DNA of 64,000 nucleotides from an uncultured Candidatus Saccharibacteria bacterium. Its GTDB lineage: Bacteria; Patescibacteriota; UBA1384; JACPKC01. The notes beneath the pieces were generated by a model. The model was not told where the DNA came from and searched no databases. It was given only the letters and a program-made list of their open reading frames with translations. The position numbers and the translations under genes are program-made. Of the stretch, positions 36,002 to 44,578 are shown piece by piece (the first letter of the stretch is position 1; each line of letters opens with the position of its first letter). Where the stretch lies: NCBI GenBank assembly GCA_964423885.1, contig CAYRGD010000001.1, forward strand, positions 89,653 to 153,652. Direction: 5' to 3'.

Positions 36002-38614
36002 TTAATAGCTGGCGACGATCGCGTACGTGACCGGCGTACTGTAGGCGCCGGCTTCGGTCGTGTAGCCGATATTCGCGATGAACGACACGGTGTAGACCGT
36101 TGGGTTCGACGGTGCGGTCGTTGCTGCGATATCGGCCCCGCTCACGTCGAACTTGAACTGGTCGGTAGTCTGGTACCCGCTCAAGACCGTGCCCGATCCC
36201 CCGCTTGGGCCCGCGCCGAAGTCGCTGGCCGTATGCGACCCGGCGGTGGTGTTCGCGACCAGGTTCATGCCGAACTGCTCGCTGCCCACGGTGCTGCCGG
36301 CTTGGCTGGCCATCGCGTCGATGGTGTACGGGCTGCTCGTGAGCGTGGTTGTCGGGATATAACTCACCACGTAGCCGTCGTCGGCATTGCTGGCTGCGCT
36401 CATGGTGTGGGTGCACGCCATGGTTTGCGTGGGCGAGAAGTGACCCAAGCTGCAGGTGGCCGAACCGAGCGAGAAGCTCAGGGTTGGTTGCGTGCTGCCG
36501 GTGACGACGAACGACAGGTCGGACAGCTGGGCGACGAACGCGTCACCCCCGCCCCCGCCGAACGTCTGGTACAGGCTCGAGGTGGGTAGGTCGGTCGAGG
36601 TGGTGAGGCCGGTGAAGTACGGCTGGCTGTTCGGCCCGATGTCCACGCCGAGCGCGTAGTCGGTGCCGGTGCCGCCGAAGTAGGTGCTGTAGAGCACGGT
36701 GCCAGTGTCGTTCACCTTGGCGACCAACACATCCGACGATCCCGACAACGCGTTCTGGTACGGCAGAATGGTCGGCAGATCGACGGAATCGGTATAGCCG
36801 ACCACATACGCATCGCCAGATGCCGTGACACCGATGCCGGTGCCTTCGTCCTCGCCGCCTCCGCCCAGGTACGTGGAATAGAATAGGCCGGTGCCGTCGG
36901 TGTCCATTGCCGTAACGAAGACGTCGTGCGTGCCGGCGAAGAACGGTTGAAAGGCGCTTTCCAGCGGGAAATCGGTCGAGCTCGTAAAGCCGGTCAGGTA
37001 GATGCTGCCGCCGCTGTCGATCGCGATGCCGCGGCCGACATCCTCGCCGTCCCCACCCAGGTAGGTGAGAAAGTTCGATGACCCGCCGGGATTGAACTTG
37101 GCCACGAACGCGTCACTGGTGCCGCCGCCGTACGCACCCTGGTAGGCGTTGTTAAGCGGCAGGTCGTTCGAGCTGGTGTAGCCGATCACGTAGGCGCTGC
37201 CAGCCGGACTGACCGCCAGATCGTACACGGAATCGCCGAGGCCGCCTTGGTTGTCGCTCCCGCCCATGTAGGTGGAATAGACCAAGGCGGTACCGGCAGC
37301 GTTCAACTCATAGAGATAGGCGTCGTACGTCCCGTTATTCGTGGACTGCCAGGCGTTCACCGTCGGGAAATCGGTCGAGCTCGTATAGCCCGCGACGTAC
37401 ATATTGTTGCTGCCGTCGATCGCGATCATGCGCACCTTGTTGTCTTCGCTTCCGCCCATGTAGGTGGCGTAGAGCAGGTTTTCGCCATCGGCGTCGAGCT
37501 TAGCGACGAAGTTATCGTTTATCGTGCCGGCTTTGGTGCCTTGGTACGGCGATACGGTCGGGAAGTCGGTCGACTGGGTGTCGCCCGCCACGTAGGCGTT
37601 CCCGCTGCTGTCGACCGCGATGCCGAGCGCGTAGTCTTCGTCGGATCCGCCCAGATAGGTTGAGTAGACGGCGAAGGTGCCCGAAGGGTCGATCTTGGTG
37701 ACGAACGCGTCCTTGCTTCCTCCGGCGAACGCGTCTTGGTAAGGCGACGAGGGGAAGTAGATCATCGGGAAATCAGCCGACGACGTTTCCCCAGTCACGT
37801 AGGCGTTGCCGCTGCTGTCGACTACGACTTTGCGGCCGAAGTCGGTGCCGGATCCCCCAAGGTAGGTCGAGTAGACCAAGGTCGGGTCGATCACCACCGC
37901 TTGGGTCGGATCGTACTCGCCGAGGCTCACGGTAACCGTGTTGTCCGTAACCTCGAACCGGCTGGCGACGGTGTGCTTGGCGGTATCGTCGCCCTGGTAC
38001 GCGACCGGTGCGTTCAGGCGGAGCTCGCTGCCCCCTGTGTGCAGGATAAGGCCGCCGCGGTCGTCGGGCGTGAGCGTATCCTGGCCTTCGAGTGAAAACG
38101 CGATCCGCGTATAGTCGGCGCCGGGTGCCACGATAAAGTCGTGCTCGAGCGTATCGCCTGCACCGTAGAAGGCCAGGTCGATACCGGGGTAGACGTTCCG
38201 CGACACGATGCGCCCGAACGTTTCGATGCCGGTCTGCCATGCGGCCGGGTCGTTGCCCTTGAAATAGTTGGCGACGCCCGGCAGCGTGCCGGCACCTTCG
38301 AACGCGGCCGCATCCGCACCGTCGAGCCGCATCGAAACCGCGCCGTCGGGCGTCACCGTCGTTGCGCCCGTGGCGTCGAAGTACGTGGTCGCCTGGCCGT
38401 GCCGCACCAGGTATTGGACGCTGTCAGGCGCTTGGCCCCGGTTCGGTTCGAAGGCGAGCCGCAGGTGATCGAGGCTTGGGGTGGCCGTGGCGTGTGCCGG
38501 TGCGACCGCCGTCGGCTGTAGCGCAGGGGCAAGGTCGTGCGCGATGAGCGCGACAAGCACGAGCAAGGCCGGCAACGTTGCGGCTCTGGGCAGTGGGGCG
38601 TGTCGTGTGTGCAT
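36002..38614 (-). CDS. secreted SBBP repeat protein, paralog 7
   Basis: Signal peptide MHTRHAPLPRAATLPALLVLVALIA. Divergent N-domain (LAFEPNRGQAPDSVQYLVRHG). C-terminus ...YSTPVTYAIVASY. Confidence 0.78.
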   Translation of the reverse strand: MHTRHAPLPRAATLPALLVLVALIAHDLAPALQPTAVAPAHATATPSLDHLRLAFEPNRGQAPDSVQYLVRHGQATTYFDATGATTVTPDGAVSMRLDGADAAAFEGAGTLPGVANYFKGNDPAAWQTGIETFGRIVSRNVYPGIDLAFYGAGDTLEHDFIVAPGADYTRIAFSLEGQDTLTPDDRGGLILHTGGSELRLNAPVAYQGDDTAKHTVASRFEVTDNTVTVSLGEYDPTQAVVIDPTLVYSTYLGGSGTDFGRKVVVDSSGNAYVTGETSSADFPMIYFPSSPYQDAFAGGSKDAFVTKIDPSGTFAVYSTYLGGSDEDYALGIAVDSSGNAYVAGDTQSTDFPTVSPYQGTKAGTINDNFVAKLDADGENLLYATYMGGSEDNKVRMIAIDGSNNMYVAGYTSSTDFPTVNAWQSTNNGTYDAYLYELNAAGTALVYSTYMGGSDNQGGLGDSVYDLAVSPAGSAYVIGYTSSNDLPLNNAYQGAYGGGTSDAFVAKFNPGGSSNFLTYLGGDGEDVGRGIAIDSGGSIYLTGFTSSTDFPLESAFQPFFAGTHDVFVTAMDTDGTGLFYSTYLGGGGEDEGTGIGVTASGDAYVVGYTDSVDLPTILPYQNALSGSSDVLVAKVNDTGTVLYSTYFGGTGTDYALGVDIGPNSQPYFTGLTTSTDLPTSSLYQTFGGGGGDAFVAQLSDLSFVVTGSTQPTLSFSLGSATCSLGHFSPTQTMACTHTMSAASNADDGYVVSYIPTTTLTSSPYTIDAMASQAGSTVGSEQFGMNLVANTTAGSHTASDFGAGPSGGSGTVLSGYQTTDQFKFDVSGADIAATTAPSNPTVYTVSFIANIGYTTEAGAYSTPVTYAIVASY

Positions 38615-38623
38615 GCAATCCGC

Positions 38624-41278
38624 CTAGTAGTTGACGCTGATCGTGTACGTGACCGGGGTGCTGTAGGTGCCGGCCTCGGTCAGGTAGTCGACGTTGGCGA
38701 TGTAGCTCACGGTATACACGGTGGTGTCGCTGGCGCTTCCTGCGCTCGCGATATCCCCGCCGCCGACGGCGAACTTGAACTCATTGGCCGTATCGTATCC
38801 CGACAGCGCCGCGCCGAACCCGCCGCTCGGATTGGCGCCGAAGTTGCTGGCGGTATGGGCGGCCGTAGTGTTGGCTACCAGGTTGAAGCCGAACTGTTCG
38901 GTGGTCGGTGTGCTGGTATCCTGGCTGGCCATGGCCGTGATCGTGTTGCCGCCGCTCGTGAGCGTCGTGGTGGGAGTGTAGGCAATGGTGTAGCCGCCGC
39001 TGGTGTTTACTGCTGCGGTCATGGTGTGGGTGCAGAACTTGGTCTGGGTCGGCGAGAAGGAGCCGATATTGCACACGGTGGAACCGACCGAGAACGAGAA
39101 GTTGAGCACGGGAGTAACATTCACGAGCAGGTTGTGGTCGGCCTGGCTGGTTGCATCCGTCGGCCCGTCGCCAAGGCGGAACGCGAACACGTCGTAGCCG
39201 CCATTCAGTGACGATTGGTAGGGCGGTGTGCCGGCAATCGGGAAGTCGTTGGAATCGGTGCCGCCGACCACGTAGGGATTCGCGTTGCCGTCGAGCGCGA
39301 CGCCGCCGGCTCCGTCATCGCCACCTCCGCCTACATACGTCGAGTATGCAAGGCCGCTCCCGCCGCCCGTGAACTTGGTAATGAACGCGTCCTGGCCGCC
39401 GCCGTAGCCCTGCAGCGCATCTGCGACCGGGAAGTCGCTTGATGTGGTATAGCCCGTGACGAAGACGTTGTCGGTATTCGCCGGGTCGACCGCGACGCCG
39501 AGCGCGACATCGTCGCCATTGCCACCCAGGTAGGTCGAGGTGACGATGTAGCCGTCCCAATCGAACCGTGTCAGGAACGCGTCCCAGCCGTCGTCGCTGT
39601 ATTGGGGTTGGTATGCGTTTTGGGTCGGAAAGTCGTACCACTCGGTTTGGCCGGTGACGTAAAAGTCGCCGGTATTCCCGTCCATAATGTCTTTGCTCAA
39701 GGCGATGCTTCGGGGGATGTCGTCTCCGTCGGCACCCAGATAGGTCGAGAAGTCGATCCCCTGGAGCTCGTCGTAGAGGCGTGCTACGAACGCGTCATGC
39801 GTCCAGCCGCCATAGCTGGGCTGGGACGCGTTGACGATCGGGAAGTCGGTTTGCGTGTCCGTGAACCCGGTAATGAATACGTGGCCGCCCCAATCAGCGA
39901 CTGCGACTGCCGTGATCCGGTCGTCGCCACTGCCGCCGAAGTAGGTCGATTGGTACAGCGTACCGTCACCGCCGAACTTGGCCACGAACCCGTCGTTATT
40001 GTCGACCCGAGCATCTTGTATAACGCCCACGGTCACGGGGAAGTCGTCGGAGTTGGTGTAGCCGGCAATGACGATGTCTCCGGTACTCGATCGGACTGAT
40101 ATCCCCTCGCCGTGGTCGTCGCCACTGCCGCCGAAGTAGGTCGAGATATCGTGCCAGCCGCCGTCGGGCGTCAGTTTCATGAAGAACGCGTCGGTGCCGC
40201 CGCTAGGGGTGGATTGGTACTCGTTCGAGAGCGGGAGGTCGTCGGAATCGGTGGTACCGACCACGTACGCGTAGCCGTCGTTATCGATCGCCAGGCCTTC
40301 GTTCCCGGCGATGTCCTCACCGTTCCCGCCGACGTAGGTCGAGTAGATGAGGCTGCTGCCTTCGGTGTCGAACTTGCTCACGAAGACGTCGGTGTTGCCG
40401 TGGTAGTTGGGGTCGAACCCGTTGGGCTGCCAGGGAAAGTCGCCGTCCGTCGTGCCGCTCACGTACGCGTAGCCGGCGCTGTCGACGGCGATGTTGTAGC
40501 CGTGGTCGTCGGTCCAGTCGCCCAGGTAGGTCGAATAGTAGAACGACGGGTCGATGACAAGGGGCTGGCTCCGATCGTAGTCGCCGACCGCGACCGTGAC
40601 GGTATTATTGTTGAGTTCGAACCGCGACGGTACGGTGTGCGTTGCCGCGCCGTTGGTTTGGTACGTGACCGGCGCGTTGACGCGGAACGTATCGCTACCA
40701 GTCGTCAGTACCAGGTTCCCGTCGTTGTCGATCGCCAGCGCGTCCTGTCCGGAGAACGAGAACGCGATCTGCCGGTAGTCGACGCCTGGCGCGACGATAA
40801 AGTCGTGTTCCAGTTGGGAATTCGTGCCGTAGTAGCGTAGGTCGATGCCAGGATAGACGTTGCTGGCGTTTACGCCCGCAAAGTTGGCGACGCCGTGCCG
40901 CCAGGTATCCGGGTCGTTGCCCCGGAGGTAGTTGGTGACCGAGGCGAGTTGGTCGGTGCCCGTGAACGTGGCCGGGGTTGCGCCCAGCAGCCGCATGGCG
41001 ATCTCGCTGCCGCCGAACCGGGTTATGGTGCCGTTGGCATCCACCGCCGTGGCTGCCCGGCCATGGTGCACGATAAACTGGACGTCATCAGGTGCCTGAC
41101 CGACATTCGGTTCGAACGCGAGCGGGAGTGAACCGAACGCCGCTCTGGCCGCTGCTACGTCGCTGCTGCGTGGCGTGGCGTGGTCGGCAGGCCGTGCAGA
41201 CAACGCAAGCGCAGCAACGAGCATGAGCCCGATGCCGGCGAGTACCCGCATCCGTTGCCTGTTGCCACTGCGATCCAC
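38624..41278 (-). CDS. secreted SBBP repeat protein, paralog 8 (first gene of block)
   Basis: Probable GTG start after SD AGGAAGG, giving VDRSGNRQRMRVLAGIGLMLVAALALSA. Divergent repeats rich in Asp/Trp. C-terminus ...YSTPVTYTISVNY. Confidence 0.75.
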   Translation of the reverse strand: MDRSGNRQRMRVLAGIGLMLVAALALSARPADHATPRSSDVAAARAAFGSLPLAFEPNVGQAPDDVQFIVHHGRAATAVDANGTITRFGGSEIAMRLLGATPATFTGTDQLASVTNYLRGNDPDTWRHGVANFAGVNASNVYPGIDLRYYGTNSQLEHDFIVAPGVDYRQIAFSFSGQDALAIDNDGNLVLTTGSDTFRVNAPVTYQTNGAATHTVPSRFELNNNTVTVAVGDYDRSQPLVIDPSFYYSTYLGDWTDDHGYNIAVDSAGYAYVSGTTDGDFPWQPNGFDPNYHGNTDVFVSKFDTEGSSLIYSTYVGGNGEDIAGNEGLAIDNDGYAYVVGTTDSDDLPLSNEYQSTPSGGTDAFFMKLTPDGGWHDISTYFGGSGDDHGEGISVRSSTGDIVIAGYTNSDDFPVTVGVIQDARVDNNDGFVAKFGGDGTLYQSTYFGGSGDDRITAVAVADWGGHVFITGFTDTQTDFPIVNASQPSYGGWTHDAFVARLYDELQGIDFSTYLGADGDDIPRSIALSKDIMDGNTGDFYVTGQTEWYDFPTQNAYQPQYSDDGWDAFLTRFDWDGYIVTSTYLGGNGDDVALGVAVDPANTDNVFVTGYTTSSDFPVADALQGYGGGQDAFITKFTGGGSGLAYSTYVGGGGDDGAGGVALDGNANPYVVGGTDSNDFPIAGTPPYQSSLNGGYDVFAFRLGDGPTDATSQADHNLLVNVTPVLNFSFSVGSTVCNIGSFSPTQTKFCTHTMTAAVNTSGGYTIAYTPTTTLTSGGNTITAMASQDTSTPTTEQFGFNLVANTTAAHTASNFGANPSGGFGAALSGYDTANEFKFAVGGGDIASAGSASDTTVYTVSYIANVDYLTEAGTYSTPVTYTISVNY

Positions 41279-41330
41279 GACCCTCCTTCCTGCGTTACGC
41301 TTCACTCTACCGGAACGTACCCGCCTGCCG

Positions 41331-41669
41331 CTACCGGTTATCCCCACTCCCGCCGATCACCTGCCGCTGCTTGCGGTCGCGCAGCTTGGCGATGTTACGG
41401 CCGCCCACGTCCGACAAGGTGTAGCCGAGTTCGTCGGCCACACGGGCTAGGTACCAGAAGCAATCACCCAGCTCGTCGGCCAGCTCGGCCCGTTTGTCGT
41501 CGGTAAGGACGCCGCCCTCATCGCGGAACACCTTTTTGACCTTGTTCACCAACTCGCCCACCTCGCCGGCCAGGCCGAGCACGGGATACAAGTAGCGGCT
41601 ACCCTCGATCGCCGGGTACGCGGCCGTTTCGCGGGTGGTTACCTGGTAGTCGTCGAGCGCTGTTGCCAT
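41331..41669 (-). CDS. mazG: MazG-like nucleoside triphosphate pyrophosphohydrolase
   Basis: 112 aa: LYPVLGLAGEVGELVNKVKK...LADELGDCFWYLARVADELG is a classic MazG EExxE/D motif. SD AGGAGG. Co-oriented with the SBBP block and immediately upstream of it. Confidence 0.8.
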   Translation of the reverse strand: MATALDDYQVTTRETAAYPAIEGSRYLYPVLGLAGEVGELVNKVKKVFRDEGGVLTDDKRAELADELGDCFWYLARVADELGYTLSDVGGRNIAKLRDRKQRQVIGGSGDNR

Positions 41670-41691
41670 GGCTGCCTCCTTGCTTGACTTT

Positions 41692-41720
41692 GCACCTACC
41701 GTACCATACCATTCCTCAGT
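41692..41720 (+). promoter_or_regulatory. candidate sigma70 promoter TTGACT-17nt-TACCAT
   Basis: Lies in the 96-bp divergent intergenic region upstream of the 41766 gene. Sequence-only prediction. Confidence 0.3.
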
Positions 41721-41765
41721 TCGGCGTATGCCGGGCAAAAATATGGAAGGGAACATTAAAAAGAG

Positions 41766-42335
41766 GTGAAAGATTCTTGTTCTGCGGAGATCAAGGTCCG
41801 GTTACATCGGACACGCACTGGCGTGTACCGCGGCAGCATTTCAGTCGCGATCGGTCGGCAGCGTCCGACCCGGTTCCTGGTCCACTACAATCCCGCCCGG
41901 GCGTCGTTTTCGGCGCGTTGGGTCCGGGGCACCCGGGTGTTAGGGCGGCTGCTCCATATCGACGACCCGCTCTACTGCCGGCTCGGTACCAGGGACGTGA
42001 GCCATCCTGCTTACAGCGGGTATCTCTATCAAATGAGTTATCTGGTACGGGCGGCGTTCTGCGCCCACGTCGAGGTAGAATACCCGTTCACCAAGCTCGG
42101 GAAAGTAGCGCCGACCGTGCGGCAATACTGGATCCGCGCGAAAGAGCAACATCGGCCGAGCCGCGTTCCTGGCAAGCGGCCGGGCGTACCGACGACGGTC
42201 TGGCACTTGGAGCTCGACCGGATCCTGGTCGAGAATCTGGCAACACCGCCTACCCCCCCCTGCCGCGACATCGACAAGATCGCCATCCTGTTGGATGTCC
42301 AACTGCGCCAGGGCAAGAAAGAGCGCGTCCAGTGA
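41766..42335 (+). CDS. hypothetical protein (189 aa)
   Basis: GTG start. No recognisable motifs. Its stop overlaps the next ORF's start (GTGA). Confidence 0.35.
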   Translation: MKDSCSAEIKVRLHRTRTGVYRGSISVAIGRQRPTRFLVHYNPARASFSARWVRGTRVLGRLLHIDDPLYCRLGTRDVSHPAYSGYLYQMSYLVRAAFCAHVEVEYPFTKLGKVAPTVRQYWIRAKEQHRPSRVPGKRPGVPTTVWHLELDRILVENLATPPTPPCRDIDKIAILLDVQLRQGKKERVQ

Positions 42336-42751
42336 CGCCCCCGCTCTGGCTCGACGAGTGCATCTGCGTCCGCGCCTCGGTGCGGGTTGACTACGCGATT
42401 ACCTGTTTCCTGTACGGGCAGGTTACGTTCGGGAAGTACGCCTGGCGGTTCACGGCGACGGATCTCTTCGATCCGGCCCGTGAGTTCCACATCAAATTCA
42501 AATTGATGGGCCAGCCGAAGTGGGAGGATTCCATTTCGCTACCCCGCAATACCCACAAACATCCGTTGATCGAGCGTCGCCCGATCACTCGGATCTTAGC
42601 CGAGTTGGTCTCGATCGCCTTCGGGCGGAGCGAGACGGCTCTTACCGACCAAGAGGTGCACGTGCTGTACCTCGAGTCCGACATCCTGGATGCATGCAAC
42701 ACGACTGCCGAGGCGGACGTGTGGGTGCATGCCAAACACATCGCACACTAA
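42332..42751 (+). CDS. hypothetical protein (139 aa)
   Basis: Coupled to the upstream ORF and followed directly by a strong terminator. The longer 362-aa track ORF in the same frame has a junk-like R/P-rich N-terminus. Confidence 0.35.
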   Translation: MTPPLWLDECICVRASVRVDYAITCFLYGQVTFGKYAWRFTATDLFDPAREFHIKFKLMGQPKWEDSISLPRNTHKHPLIERRPITRILAELVSIAFGRSETALTDQEVHVLYLESDILDACNTTAEADVWVHAKHIAH

Positions 42752-42752
42752 C

Positions 42753-42786
42753 GGGTGCGGCAGATGCCGCACCCGTTTTTTCTTTT
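42753..42786. terminator. rho-independent terminator GGGTGCGGCAtctGCCGCACCC + TTTTTTCTTTT
   Basis: Perfect 10-bp stem followed by a T-run. Sits between convergent genes. Confidence 0.65.
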
Positions 42787-42799
42787 GCCCAAAGGCCGG

Positions 42800-43774
42800 T
42801 TACTCGTGGAAGATGCGGCGGCGCAGCCAGGTGACAAGGCGCCAGCCGAGCCGGATCGCCAGCCAGAACAGGCCGAGCCAGACAAGTGCGAGCGGCAGCG
42901 TGATCAGGCCGACGATCAGCACCGTACCGGTACCGGCCAGGCCGGCGAGTAATCCCTGCCAGGCAAGCTTGGCCTGCTGGAGCGGCCGCCAGGCCGGTTG
43001 GCTGGGCAGGCCGGTTTCGGTGTTCATGGTGAGGTACGCGGTCGAAAACGCGACTTGGTTCTTGAGGTTTTCCTGCTGCGCGGACAGCTGTTCGATCTGC
43101 AGGCGCAGGTCGTTCCGTGCCTGGGTGATTTTCAGGATCTCGTCGGCGCCGGACGCTTGTTTCAGGATATCGGCGTAGCGGTCGTCGGATTCGCGCAGGG
43201 CCTTGAGCCGGGCGTCGAGGTCGACGAGCTGGTCCGTCGTGTCGTCGTTGTTGGTCTGTTCGCCGGTGATGCGCAGCGCCTGGGCGCGGACCGCGCTGAG
43301 CAGCGCGTCGAGCTTGTCGGCCGGGACGCGGAGCGCGAGGGTGGCCTGTTCGGTGCCGTCGGACAGCGTCGTCAGGGCCGACGACGAGGCGAAGCCGCCC
43401 AAATTCTTGGCCTCATCGGTGAACGCGCCGGTGCGCGTACGCAGGTTGTCGACGACGAGCGATACGTAGGACGTGCGGATGAGCTGTCTGTCGGGGCTCA
43501 CCGACGAGCTGCCGGGAGTTGGGATCGGGTACGGCATCGTGGTATAGCTGTCGTACGCCATGCTGCCGCGGTCGGGGCTCGACATCGGTGCTGCGCTGCC
43601 GGTCTCGCTCTGCGTCGACGCGACGTTCCCGCTCCCCGTCTGCCCGATGCCGTTCATAGTCCACGTCGCGACGGTGCCGATCACGAACAGGCCGACGAGC
43701 CCTAGGCCAAGACCGACGAGTACTTTGGTGGGAATGGTGGATGTATGCATAATCACAGCATACACCATTCCCAC
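42800..43774 (-). CDS. DUF4349-like membrane-anchored coiled-coil protein
   Basis: N-terminal TM (VLVGLGLGLVGLFVIGTV), a central region with coiled-coil character (DALLSAVRAQALRITGE...LDARLKALRES...LRLQIEQLSAQQENLKNQ), and a C-terminal TM pair. Architecture matches DUF4349. Confidence 0.6.
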   Translation of the reverse strand: MGMVYAVIMHTSTIPTKVLVGLGLGLVGLFVIGTVATWTMNGIGQTGSGNVASTQSETGSAAPMSSPDRGSMAYDSYTTMPYPIPTPGSSSVSPDRQLIRTSYVSLVVDNLRTRTGAFTDEAKNLGGFASSSALTTLSDGTEQATLALRVPADKLDALLSAVRAQALRITGEQTNNDDTTDQLVDLDARLKALRESDDRYADILKQASGADEILKITQARNDLRLQIEQLSAQQENLKNQVAFSTAYLTMNTETGLPSQPAWRPLQQAKLAWQGLLAGLAGTGTVLIVGLITLPLALVWLGLFWLAIRLGWRLVTWLRRRIFHE

Positions 43775-43785
43775 CAGCCGGCTTC

Positions 43786-43815
43786 AAAAAAGAAGACACT
43801 CCGTCGGAGTGTCTT
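43786..43815 (-). terminator. rho-independent terminator on minus strand (GAAGACACTCC-gacg-GAGTGTCTTC + UUUUUU)
   Basis: Perfect 11-bp stem followed by T6 when read on the minus strand. Lies downstream of the small acidic protein gene. Confidence 0.55.
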
Positions 43816-43846
43816 CTTCGAAGCGTACGGTATCGTACGCCAGCGA

Positions 43847-44035
43847 TTACATCGCGTCGTCGTGCTTCTCTTCGCCGTCAGCCGGCATCTCGGTACCGTG
43901 GTCGGCTGCTTCGCCGCCCTCGCCCATGCCGTCGCCTGCCGGAGCCGCTTCTTCCATGCCGCCGTTGTTCTCGTCAGACGCGTTCGCCTGATCGTCGGCC
44001 ATCGGCATGCCGTTGTTCATGTTCTGGTCGTCCAT
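43847..44035 (-). CDS. small highly acidic protein (62 aa, D/E/G/M-rich)
   Basis: Strong SD GGGAGG 5 nt before the ATG, and its own terminator. Sequence MDDQNMNNGMPMADDQANASDENNGGMEEAAPAGDGMGEGGEAADHGTEMPADGEEKHDDAM. Confidence 0.5.
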   Translation of the reverse strand: MDDQNMNNGMPMADDQANASDENNGGMEEAAPAGDGMGEGGEAADHGTEMPADGEEKHDDAM

Positions 44036-44103
44036 GGGGACCTCCCGTACATGTCTATCATTACGAATACTATGATAAGCCTAGTCGCCGGTACAACGGC
44101 TTG

Positions 44104-44553
44104 TCAAGCGAACCAGTGTTTTTGGTAGCGCCCCATGAGCTCGGCCCGCTCCAGAATGTGGCCGGATGCCGCGATTTGCAGCTGGTCGTCCGTGGCAGTT
44201 GGCGGCTGGTCGAGTATGGTGTCGAGCGCTACTACTAGGAAGAAATACCGATGCTCGCCTTTGGGCGGACAGGGGCCGACGTAGCCCGGCTTGCCGCTGC
44301 CCGTAGCACCCTCGACCGCACCTACTGGGACACTGTCCTCGACAATCTCGGTCACGGCCGGATCGATGTTCCAGACCGTCCAGTGGACGAACGTCTCGCG
44401 CGGCGCGTCGGGGTCGGTCATGACGAGCACTAAACTCTTGGCCTCGGCCGGCACGTCCGCGATCACGAGCGGCGGGTTCACGTTCTTGCCCTGGCAGGTG
44501 TACTGCTTGGGAATCGTGCCGCCGGGCTCGAAGGCCGGACTCGTGAGCCGCAT
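44104..44553 (-). CDS. YbhB/YbcL-family (PEBP/Raf-kinase-inhibitor-like) protein
   Basis: LTSPAFEPGGTIPKQYTCQGKNVNPPLVIADVP...VMTDPDAPRETFVHWTVWNI...GYVGPCPPKGEHRYFF are PEBP-family signature motifs. Confidence 0.8.
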   Translation of the reverse strand: MRLTSPAFEPGGTIPKQYTCQGKNVNPPLVIADVPAEAKSLVLVMTDPDAPRETFVHWTVWNIDPAVTEIVEDSVPVGAVEGATGSGKPGYVGPCPPKGEHRYFFLVVALDTILDQPPTATDDQLQIAASGHILERAELMGRYQKHWFA

Positions 44554-44578
44554 AGCCGTATCCGGTACCTCTACTCCC

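Larger units (their letters stand above)
20207..41278 (-). repeat. tandem array of eight paralogous genes (SBBP beta-propeller repeat surface proteins), 21 kb
   Basis: Eight consecutive ~2.6-kb minus-strand ORFs with the same tripartite architecture and 9-76 bp spacers. 85-90% nucleotide identity between the N-domain-coding regions of several copies. Confidence 0.85.

Noticed and set aside
20207-41278. Possibility that the periodic repeats are a CRISPR array or a non-coding satellite
   Set aside because: The repeats are in-frame coding units within long ORFs, each with a signal peptide and conserved domains. There are no short invariant direct repeats with unique spacers and no cas genes.
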